DNA of 54,873 bases, taken from an uncultured Eubacteriales bacterium (lineage in GTDB: Bacteria > Bacillota > Clostridia > Peptostreptococcales > Anaerovoracaceae). This document shows positions 9,409 through 16,480 of the stretch, piece after piece. The DNA lies in the NCBI GenBank assembly GCA_902780845.1, contig CACZGZ010000001.1, positions 1 through 54,873 of the forward strand. The letters run 5' to 3'. The notes under the pieces are model-generated. The model made no database searches and was not told the origin of the DNA. It worked only from the letters and a program-made list of their open reading frames with translations. Made by a program: the position numbers and the translations under genes. The stretch's first letter is position 1; every line of letters begins with the position of its first letter.

Positions 9409-10350
9409 CTACTTTCTGTTTTCTTTTTCCTGTTTGCGTTTGTCGTTTATGATTTTGACGTGCTCGTCAGTTATGAGAGTCACGTTGTTTTCCTTAGCCC
9501 AGGCTACGCAGCCGTTCAGAACAGTCTTCAGGAAGGGTCTGGGCACCTTGACGAAGTTCATCAGGGCTTCGTCGGTGAACTTGATGGTATCGTCACAGCG
9601 GTTAGCAGCGTACTTGATGGATGCGATGTCAACTTCCTTGGGCGCAGGGATAGGCTCCGAGATGGGTTTTTTGAATCCCTTCGGGAACTGGGTGTACCAG
9701 AAATTCGTGGAATCGCGGTAGCCGTAGTCCACGGGCACCGGCGGGAAGTTGTTCTTATTCACGCCGTCCACGATGGCATTGTAATACTCATCCTTCATAA
9801 GGATATCATCGATGTTCAGTATGAAGTGGGCGCCGTACTTGGACGTGATGCCGTTAAAGTCATTATATGGGCCGGGATGTCCGTCGTCAATATCATCCGC
9901 TGAGAACTTTCCTGCATTCTCAAGTTCCTTGTTCCAGGTGCACTCGAAGACCTGGAAGGCCTCTGCGATGACCTGAGGGCGGTCCGCTTCGCCGGGACCT
10001 GCCTGGCCGTCTTCCATGGTGAAGAGATTCTGCTTCATCTTCTCCTCGGAAGGTCCGGGATAACCGAGTCTCACAGCTTCCTTGAAGTACTTCCTGTCGT
10101 CGGGAATGAAGTTGATGGCGCACTTGCCCCTCTTAAGAAGGTTATGGCAGGTGTTGGATGTGTTCCTGCATTCCAGGAGCATGGCATATCTGCCCTTTCC
10201 TGCTATATAGTAAGGGAAGCAAAGGGAGTAAGATCCCAGGTTCAGGCTTCCGTCGTCATTTAACGTGCTGATGACCACCGTCGGCATGGGAAAGAATGCC
10301 GAGGTCTGATAGAAATTGTCTACGATCCTTAAATTCCTGAATGAACTCAT
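9409..10350 (-). CDS. Flavin-reductase-like (FMN-binding split-barrel) domain protein with an unassigned C-terminal extension
   Basis: 313 aa. The N-terminal pattern ...FFPMPTVVISTLNDDGSLNLGSYS..FPY... resembles flavin reductase-like domains. Its stop TAG lies 2 nt before the ABC gene start, implying co-transcription. Confidence 0.5.
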   Translation of the reverse strand: MSSFRNLRIVDNFYQTSAFFPMPTVVISTLNDDGSLNLGSYSLCFPYYIAGKGRYAMLLECRNTSNTCHNLLKRGKCAINFIPDDRKYFKEAVRLGYPGPSEEKMKQNLFTMEDGQAGPGEADRPQVIAEAFQVFECTWNKELENAGKFSADDIDDGHPGPYNDFNGITSKYGAHFILNIDDILMKDEYYNAIVDGVNKNNFPPVPVDYGYRDSTNFWYTQFPKGFKKPISEPIPAPKEVDIASIKYAANRCDDTIKFTDEALMNFVKVPRPFLKTVLNGCVAWAKENNVTLITDEHVKIINDKRKQEKENRK

Positions 10351-10399
10351 TTCATATCTCCTCTTCTAAAGATTTACTCCATTATATCATCATTTATAA

Positions 10400-10428
10400 T
10401 GGAAATGTGAATCTTTTTACATTATAAT
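10400..10428 (+). promoter_or_regulatory. Candidate sigma-A promoter of the CoA-transferase gene (TGGAAA-17-TATAAT)
   Basis: -35 TGGAAA at 10400-10405 and -10 TATAAT at 10423-10428. The -35 is only a partial match. Confidence 0.4.
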
Positions 10429-10482
10429 CTAGTTAGCGCAAAACATACTTTGCGCATCTCTTACACAGGAGCAAAGAACGAA

Positions 10483-11820
10483 ATGAAGGATTTTTATGCT
10501 GAATATAAAAGAAAGCTCCGCACACCCGATGAGGCGGTAAAGCTTGTGAAGAGCGGAGACTGGGTGGACTACACGGCAAATGTCTGCTTCCCCCATCTTC
10601 TGGACGAAGCTCTCGCGAAGCGCGTGGACGAGCTCTACGATGTAAAGGTCAGAGGAAGCCTCTGCTTCGGTCCAATCAGGATAGTCGAAGCAGACCCTAA
10701 AGGCGAGCACTTCTGCTATAACAGCTGGCATTTCTCCGCATACGAGAGAAAGCTTGCGGACAAGGGGCTCTGCAGCTTCATACCCATGCTGTTTTCGAGA
10801 AACGGCCTCTACTACAAGCACTTCCTGGAGGTGAACGTGGCCATGATGTCCGTGTGTCCAATGGACCGCCACGGATACTTCAACCTGTCCTGCGCAACCG
10901 GCGTCGCCAAGGCCATCCTGGACAAGGCAGACATCGTCATACTGGAAGTCAACGAGAATCTCCCCAAGATCTGCGGAGGCTTCGATCAGGTCATACATAT
11001 TGATGAAGTCGACTGCGTAGTCGAAGGCGAGCACGGAGAACTTCCTCAGTTCCCCATCCCTCAGACCACTCCCGAGGAAGAAATGATAGCGGACCACCTT
11101 CTGGAGCATATCCACGACGGAGCCTCCCTTCAGCTCGGAATCGGAAGCCTTCCCAACGTGGTGGGCGCCAAGCTGGCGGAGTCGGATCTCAAGGATCTCG
11201 GAATGCATACCGAGCTTCTGGGAGATGCATATTATCAGCTGTACAAGGCGGGCAAGCTTACCAACAAATGCCTCAATCTCCACAGAGGCCAGGGCATGAC
11301 CGGAATCGTCTTCGGTACGAAGGAGATGTATGACTGGGTGGACGACAACCCTACGGTGATCATAGCGCCCCTCACCTACGTGAACGACGTGAGGGTCATC
11401 GGAAGCATAGATAACGTAGTATCCATAAATAACTGCGTTGAGGTGGACCTCTACGGACAGATAAGTTCCGAGAGCCGCGGGACGCGCCAGATATCGGGAA
11501 CAGGCGGTCAGCTGGACTTCCTTGAGGGCGCCGCCCTATCCAAAGGCGGCAAGGGATTCATCTGCCTGACCTCCACCTACACTGACAGAAACGGCATCAA
11601 GCATTCCAGGATCAAACCCACCCTGGAGGGTGATATCGCCACAGCCCCCCGTACCCAGGCCTACTTCATGGTGACCGAATACGGCTGTGTGAACCTGGTG
11701 GGAAGGAGCACCTGGGAAAGAGCCGAAATGCTGATATCCCTGGCACATCCCGACTTCAGGGATGAACTGATAGCAGCAGCCGAAAAGCAAAACATCTGGA
11801 GAAGATCAAATAAAAGATAG
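10483..11820 (+). CDS. Acetyl-CoA hydrolase/transferase family enzyme, butyryl-CoA:acetate CoA-transferase type
   Basis: From ATG 10483 the protein (MKDFYAEYKRKLRTPDEAVKLVKSGDWVDY...ISGTGGQLDF...AHPDFRDELIAAAEKQNIWRRSN) appears collinear with my memory of the Roseburia But enzyme. Substrate specificity is not determinable from the sequence. Confidence 0.8.
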   Translation: MKDFYAEYKRKLRTPDEAVKLVKSGDWVDYTANVCFPHLLDEALAKRVDELYDVKVRGSLCFGPIRIVEADPKGEHFCYNSWHFSAYERKLADKGLCSFIPMLFSRNGLYYKHFLEVNVAMMSVCPMDRHGYFNLSCATGVAKAILDKADIVILEVNENLPKICGGFDQVIHIDEVDCVVEGEHGELPQFPIPQTTPEEEMIADHLLEHIHDGASLQLGIGSLPNVVGAKLAESDLKDLGMHTELLGDAYYQLYKAGKLTNKCLNLHRGQGMTGIVFGTKEMYDWVDDNPTVIIAPLTYVNDVRVIGSIDNVVSINNCVEVDLYGQISSESRGTRQISGTGGQLDFLEGAALSKGGKGFICLTSTYTDRNGIKHSRIKPTLEGDIATAPRTQAYFMVTEYGCVNLVGRSTWERAEMLISLAHPDFRDELIAAAEKQNIWRRSNKR

Positions 11821-11842
11821 ACCCTTTCGGGTCTATTTTTTT
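11818..11842. terminator. Bidirectional terminator between the CoA-transferase gene and the convergent 11848-12519 gene
   Basis: TAGACCC-tttc-GGGTCTA followed by TTTTTTT. The stem starts at the stop codon. Confidence 0.75.
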
Positions 11843-11847
11843 ATTGA

Positions 11848-12519
11848 TCATCCTAGGACCTTCCTTATATCCGCCTCTCTGGCATTCGGGAACAGTCCCG
11901 AGATATGTCTGAACAGTTTCTCGTAGGATTCCTCCGGTTCCTTGCAGTAGGTCTTCTCATAGAAACCTTCTCCGAAGAATTTCTCCGGGGTGGCGTATTC
12001 CGCAACGCCCCAGCCGTATTCACGGCCGTACTTGTCCGTCATATATTTGAAGTCGTTAACCAGCACGAAGGTCTGCATCTGAAGGCGGGTGATGATGGTG
12101 TCGAAGCCTTTGTTCCCGCCCTTTCTGTAGTTTCCGAGAGCCTTGAGGCCCTTGGTAAGTACCGGCTCGTTTGCTTCTACCAGCTCGTAGAGCTTCATAT
12201 CGTTATAGCTCACCAGCTCGTCTCCGATCATTCCCTCGTAGTCGTAGCCGTCCCTTCTGTAGTTGGCGAAGTCCGGGAACCATTCTTTGCTGACGAAGGC
12301 GGCTTTTTTCTCAAAAAACTTTCCGTACCCGCAGCCCGTGTCCCTGATGACAGGACCCTTCCAGTCCCAGACCCTGAAGTCTCCTTCAGCGTACCAGATC
12401 GCAGGGTCCGCCAGTTCCTCCACGGAGAAGCCCTCTATCCTGCACCTGAAAAACGGCAGGAACCCCCACTCGTTTATCAGGTCCTCCATATCCTGTTTTG
12501 TTCTGATCAAGTATTTCAT
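11848..12519 (-). CDS. Hypothetical protein, AlkZ-related / winged-helix DNA-glycosylase-like family (tentative)
   Basis: 223 aa with native-like composition. The N-terminus ...LINEWGFLPFFRCRIEGFSVEE... resembles short proteins I recall being annotated AlkZ-related. This was not verified by search. Confidence 0.45.
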   Translation of the reverse strand: MKYLIRTKQDMEDLINEWGFLPFFRCRIEGFSVEELADPAIWYAEGDFRVWDWKGPVIRDTGCGYGKFFEKKAAFVSKEWFPDFANYRRDGYDYEGMIGDELVSYNDMKLYELVEANEPVLTKGLKALGNYRKGGNKGFDTIITRLQMQTFVLVNDFKYMTDKYGREYGWGVAEYATPEKFFGEGFYEKTYCKEPEESYEKLFRHISGLFPNAREADIRKVLG

Positions 12520-12525
12520 GCTTCG

Positions 12526-12554
12526 ATTTTATCACAGCGTCTGTCTTTATTCAA
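12526..12554 (-). promoter_or_regulatory. Strong sigma-A promoter (TTGAAT-17-TGaTAAAAT) placing the transcription start site (TSS) on the ATG of the 11848-12519 gene
   Basis: Reverse strand reads TTGAATaaagacagacgctgTGaTAAAATcgaagcATG. The -35 is 12554-12549, the -10 is 12531-12526, and only 6 nt separate the -10 from the ATG at 12519. Confidence 0.55.
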
Positions 12555-12573
12555 TCCGCACAGGCACCGGCGC

Positions 12574-12611
12574 AAAAAATAACAGGGCCTCCGGGTCATC
12601 ACTCCGGAGGC
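12574..12611 (-). terminator. Rho-independent terminator downstream of the Lar-like gene
   Basis: Reverse strand reads GCCTCCGG-(9-nt loop)-CCGGAGGC followed by CCTGTTATTTTTTG. Confidence 0.65.
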
Positions 12612-12796
12612 TGAGTCGTTTCATCGATTATTCATTCTTTATTCGTTTTGAAAGGTTTTTTGGAAAGGAATTATGAAAAAGTTTAGTTTTCTTATCTCTT
12701 GCAATTTTAATATAACCCTTCAATGTGACTGTTTTTTGAAGATTTGGGGACTGTAATTTGTACGTTTAATATCATTTATGTATTTTACGCCAAATA

Positions 12797-13021
12797 TCAG
12801 TCGCTGGGCTTCGGATTTCTTACCTTTCCCAGGTTCCAGACATAAGCCGCCTTCTTCGCAGCTTCAAGCCTGTCCTCTTCACCCTTGTACTCACAGAAAC
12901 CGCTGTGGGCTCCGCAGTCTGCGCAGACCACGTACCAGCTCCAGCCGTGCTCCTCTTCGAGCATACCGGGACCTCCGCAGTAGGGGCAGTCGAACAATTC
13001 TATCTCATCGTAAATGCTCAC
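12797..13021 (-). CDS. Small zinc-ribbon protein, Lar (restriction-alleviation) family-like
   Basis: 74 aa with a GTG start after an AAGGAAGGA RBS. CPYCGG...CADCGA double CxxC and a C-terminal ...EAAKKAAYVWN motif are typical of Lar-family proteins as I recall them. Confidence 0.6.
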   Translation of the reverse strand: MSIYDEIELFDCPYCGGPGMLEEEHGWSWYVVCADCGAHSGFCEYKGEEDRLEAAKKAAYVWNLGKVRNPKPSD

Positions 13022-13061
13022 TTTAATGTCCTTCCTTTCAAGATCTTTCGTTACAACAGGT

Positions 13062-13091
13062 ATTATAACACAAATGAAAGGAATTTGTTAA
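13062..13091 (-). promoter_or_regulatory. Sigma-A promoter of the Lar-like gene (TTAACA-18-TATAAT)
   Basis: Reverse strand reads TTAACAaattcctttcatttgtgtTATAAT. The -35 is 13091-13086 and the -10 is 13067-13062. Confidence 0.5.
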
Positions 13092-13175
13092 TACAGGATT
13101 CAGTTATGTTTTTCTCCCGCGGCTATTGTCCAGTCAATAAAGATGCAGCCACGGAATCATAACCGTTAGTTATAC

Positions 13176-13210
13176 AAAAACCTCCGGAAACATCATTCCG
13201 GAGGTTTTTT
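13176..13210. terminator. Terminator hairpin downstream of the sigma-54 activator gene (A-tract/T-tract on both sides)
   Basis: AAAAA-CCTCCGGAA-acatca-TTCCGGAGG-TTTTTT. Confidence 0.75.
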
Positions 13211-13241
13211 CGTATTGACTGACCGTCTTAAGCGTCGCATG

Positions 13242-14654
13242 TCATTTCTTTCCGAGTTTTGAGTAAAGCGATGAGAGGGATATACCGAGGGCCTTCGCCG
13301 CCTTTCTTTTCCCTTCAGTCGTATTGCCGTACAGTTTGACTGCCCGCTTTATCGCACGCTTTTCAAATGAGTTCACGAGTTCAGCAAGCGTTTCTGATCC
13401 TGAGATGTCGATATCCGCGGTATCCATTGCTGCATACTCATCGGTATTCATGTCTTCCGTAATCAGCTCTTCTCCTAAGTATCCGTCTGCTGCATTTCTT
13501 AAGGTGATACTGAGCGGAAGGCATTTCACGTCGATAATGCCGTCCCTTGCCATCATGGCTGAATACTCGACAGCATTCTTCAGTTCACGGATATTTCCGG
13601 GCCAGGTGTAGCTCATCATCAGCTGCTTGGCATCTTCAGTCATCTTATAGTTTCTCTTATACTGGATCTCCGCAGAATCCAGGAACCTCCTGGCCAGTAC
13701 GGGGATATCAAGCCTTCGCTCCCTGAGAGGCGGCACGTATATAGGTGCCACCGAGATGCGGTAAAAGAGATCCGAACGGAATTTTTTATCAGTGATATAT
13801 TGATTTATATCTACGTTGCATGCACAGATCACCCTTACGTCTGTATTGATCTCCCTGATACCGCCTATACGGCGGATCTTCTTTTCCTGAAGTACCCTGA
13901 GCAGTTTGGCCTGAAGGTCGTAGTCCATCTCCGAGACCTCATCCAGGAAAATAGTTCCCCCTTCAGCAGCTTCGAAAAGTCCCGCCTTGCCTCCCTTCTT
14001 AGCGCCTGTGAAAGCTCCTTCTTCATAGCCGAACAATTCGCTCTCCAGAAGCGTCTTGTTCAGAGCTGCGCAGTTTATGGCGACAAACGGTGCAGACCTT
14101 CTGCTGCTGGCATTATGTATCGCCTGGGAAAACAGCTCTTTACCGGTACCGCTCTCTCCCTGGAGCAGGACGGCGCTGTCAAACCCTGCTATCCTCTTCG
14201 CCAGCTCGATGGTGTTTCGTATCGCAAAGCTGTCACCCAGTATGCTGTCAAACGTATAGCGAGTCCCGTTAGTCAGGCTCATTCGTACTTTAAGCCTGTC
14301 TTCCTCCTTACGGAGTTCATAAAGCTGATCGCTCAGATAATTAGCATGATCCAGATTGGTGACGATGGAAACGGTGCCAACGACGCACTCATCCGATCTG
14401 ATCGGGTAAATATCTGCAAAATAGTCTTCGCCATTTTCTTTCCGGCGCAGAGAATGAAGCGGTATCCCTGTCTTAAGGACAGTTGGAGCTACAGCTCCGG
14501 GTCTCAGTTCTGTCAGATGCTTTCCCTTCACATCTGCCAGTTTTTTTCCGACAAATTCCCCGTAGCTGTCATTAAAGTATTCTATCCTGCCTTCTCCATT
14601 ACAGACCAGTATTCCCTGTTCAACGCTGTCCAGTGCCTTTTTTATCTTTTCCAT
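13242..14654 (-). CDS. Sigma-54-dependent transcriptional activator (EBP) with an N-terminal PAS-like sensor domain
   Basis: AAA+ core with Walker A GESGTGKE, the sigma-54-contact loop GAFTGA (EEGAFTGAKK) and Walker B IFLDEV. C-terminal Fis-type HTH KAAKALGISLSSLYSKL. Start set at ATG 14654 (MEKIKKALDS...), 8 nt after GGGAGGG. Confidence 0.9.
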   Translation of the reverse strand: MEKIKKALDSVEQGILVCNGEGRIEYFNDSYGEFVGKKLADVKGKHLTELRPGAVAPTVLKTGIPLHSLRRKENGEDYFADIYPIRSDECVVGTVSIVTNLDHANYLSDQLYELRKEEDRLKVRMSLTNGTRYTFDSILGDSFAIRNTIELAKRIAGFDSAVLLQGESGTGKELFSQAIHNASSRRSAPFVAINCAALNKTLLESELFGYEEGAFTGAKKGGKAGLFEAAEGGTIFLDEVSEMDYDLQAKLLRVLQEKKIRRIGGIREINTDVRVICACNVDINQYITDKKFRSDLFYRISVAPIYVPPLRERRLDIPVLARRFLDSAEIQYKRNYKMTEDAKQLMMSYTWPGNIRELKNAVEYSAMMARDGIIDVKCLPLSITLRNAADGYLGEELITEDMNTDEYAAMDTADIDISGSETLAELVNSFEKRAIKRAVKLYGNTTEGKRKAAKALGISLSSLYSKLGKK

Positions 14655-14675
14655 TACTTCTGCCCTCCCGGTCCC

Positions 14676-14716
14676 ATTATACACATACCGGGCATATATT
14701 TCCAATATTTTGGAAA
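14676..14716 (-). promoter_or_regulatory. Sigma-A promoter of the activator gene (TGGAAA-17-TATAAT) overlapped by a TTTCCA-N6-TGGAAA palindrome
   Basis: -10 at 14681-14676 and -35 at 14704-14699. The palindrome TTTCCAATATTTTGGAAA spans 14699-14716. Confidence 0.55.
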
Positions 14717-14724
14717 ATCTTTTC

Positions 14725-14756
14725 AAAAAACAAGAAAAAGGACGGGATCCGTCCTT
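14725..14756 (-). terminator. Rho-independent terminator ending the CitMHS/AtuA-like operon
   Basis: Reverse strand reads AAGGACGG-gat-CCGTCCTT followed by TTTCTTGTTTTTTG, 33 nt after the stop at 14789. Confidence 0.75.
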
Positions 14757-14788
14757 CTTCAAGCTCTATTATATTTCATATTTCCTGA

Positions 14789-15088
14789 TTATATTTCCAT
14801 GTCAAGAAGATATGAGGAAAAACCTTTTCCGTGCATGTCAACAGAGAGAGATCTGGTAACTCCGCCTCCGAGGGCAGCCTGCATTACGAAGTTGAGCGCA
14901 CAGATGTTGGGAAGTTCATAGCGTACGACTTCGCCCTTTACCATACCCTTAAAGTGTTCTTTTACTCTTTCCGGTGTAACTTTCTCTTTCAGCATTTCAT
15001 AATCAGCAGGATCGTATGCGATCAGTGAAACGTTGGAAATATTGCCTTTATCGCCTGTACGGGAGTGTGCAAGTTCATATAATTTCAT
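14789..15088 (-). CDS. AtuA-like ferredoxin-fold domain protein (equivalent to the C-terminal ~100 aa of long AtuA proteins)
   Basis: 99 aa with a GGAGG RBS. Sequence MKLYELAHSRTGDKGN...ALNFVMQAALGGGVTRSLSVDMHGKG. Positioned directly after the DUF1446 gene. Confidence 0.6.
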   Translation of the reverse strand: MKLYELAHSRTGDKGNISNVSLIAYDPADYEMLKEKVTPERVKEHFKGMVKGEVVRYELPNICALNFVMQAALGGGVTRSLSVDMHGKGFSSYLLDMEI

Positions 15089-15107
15089 ATCTTTACCTCC
15101 ATTTCCC

Positions 15108-16454
15108 TTAAACTGTGAAGATCTCTACCTGAGGAACCGCGTCATTCCTGTCGATCAGGATGGATGCGACAGAGACGATGTCTCTGGTCCTCTTAACTGC
15201 TCCGCAGCCGCCTGCAGGGCCGTTTGTGTAGAGGGCTTCGACTTCGTTCGGTACAAGGTCAGCCACAGCTTTGGAAGAAGCTCTGCCCGCTACGCGGACT
15301 CTGACCTCGGAGGGTTCTTCATTATACTTAAAGTCCGGATTCCAATAGAGGCTGTTGCAGCCGATGATGTCGTATTTGAATTCATCAAACTGACCGGGGG
15401 CTACGAGTTCAAGTCTCTCTTTGAGGATCTCGATTGCAAGTTTTGCTCTTTCAAGACAGCCGGGTCCGCCGTAGCTGATCTCGCCGTCTCCGATGAAGCA
15501 ATCCTTATAGCCAATGGAGCACTTGAAAGTATCGGTCTTAGGATAACCGGTAGCGCCTTCTACCTTTACGTAATCCTTTTCAACTTCGGTGAACTTGACC
15601 TGCTTGAAATCTGCCACTACGTCAGGTGTGATATACTTCTCAGGATCGTGGATCTCATAAACGATCTGCTCGGACAGGGTGGAAGGTGTTACCATTCCGC
15701 CGGAACCTTCTACCTTTGTGATCGCAAAAGATCCGTCTTCGTATATCTCTGCGAGAGGGAATCCCAGGTGTCCCATTCCGGGAACGTCCTTTTTGCCGGG
15801 TTCTGCATAGTATCCGCCTGTTGCCTGACCGCCGCACTCCAGCAGATGTCCCATCATCGTTCCCTTGCCGAGCTTATCCCAGTCATCCATTGCCCATCCG
15901 AACTCATAAATAGCGGGAGCCATGAAAATAGCGGGGTCAGCCACACGGCCTGTGATTACGACGTCAGCACCCTGCTCGAGAGCTTTGATGATACCTTCAA
16001 CTCCAAGATATGCGTTTGCTGATACGATGGTCCCGGGAAGTTTGCTGAGAGCCTCATGAGTCTCCCATACTTCGGTATCCATGTACTTATCGATGACAGG
16101 AAGGAGATCGTCGCCTGTTACGCATGCGATCTTCATTCCCTTAAGTCCGTGCTTTTCTGCGATCTCAACGCATTTTTTAGCAGCAGCTACGGGGTTAGCG
16201 CTTCCCATATTGGTGATGAGCTTGACCTTGTGCTCCCAGCAGAGAGGGAGAGCCTTTTCCATGCGGTGCTCGAGAAGTCCGTTGTATCCTTTTGTAGGAT
16301 CCTTAAGCTTGGCCTGCTGTCCGATAGCGATAGTTCTCTCAGCTAAGCACTCATAGCTTATGTAATCAAGATTCCCTTTTTCTATAAGTTCCAGGGAGGG
16401 TTCCACGCGGTCTCCCGCGTAGCCGGCTCCGGAGCCGATTCTGATTTTTTTCAT
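15108..16454 (-). CDS. DUF1446 / acyclic-terpene-utilisation AtuA-family protein (function unknown)
   Basis: 448 aa. The N-terminus MKKIRIGSGAGYAGDRVEPSLELIEKGNLDYISYECLAERTIA is characteristic of DUF1446 as I recall it. Confidence 0.7.
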   Translation of the reverse strand: MKKIRIGSGAGYAGDRVEPSLELIEKGNLDYISYECLAERTIAIGQQAKLKDPTKGYNGLLEHRMEKALPLCWEHKVKLITNMGSANPVAAAKKCVEIAEKHGLKGMKIACVTGDDLLPVIDKYMDTEVWETHEALSKLPGTIVSANAYLGVEGIIKALEQGADVVITGRVADPAIFMAPAIYEFGWAMDDWDKLGKGTMMGHLLECGGQATGGYYAEPGKKDVPGMGHLGFPLAEIYEDGSFAITKVEGSGGMVTPSTLSEQIVYEIHDPEKYITPDVVADFKQVKFTEVEKDYVKVEGATGYPKTDTFKCSIGYKDCFIGDGEISYGGPGCLERAKLAIEILKERLELVAPGQFDEFKYDIIGCNSLYWNPDFKYNEEPSEVRVRVAGRASSKAVADLVPNEVEALYTNGPAGGCGAVKRTRDIVSVASILIDRNDAVPQVEIFTV

Positions 16455-16480
16455 ATCATTAAACCTTTCTTATCAATATC

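Noticed and set aside
12673-12756. 27-codon plus-strand mini-ORF MKKFSFLISCNFNITLQCDCFLKIWGL with a GGAAAGGAA upstream element.
   Set aside because: There is no supporting promoter or terminator, the sequence sits in AT-rich intergenic DNA where such ORFs arise by chance, and I cannot assess conservation.
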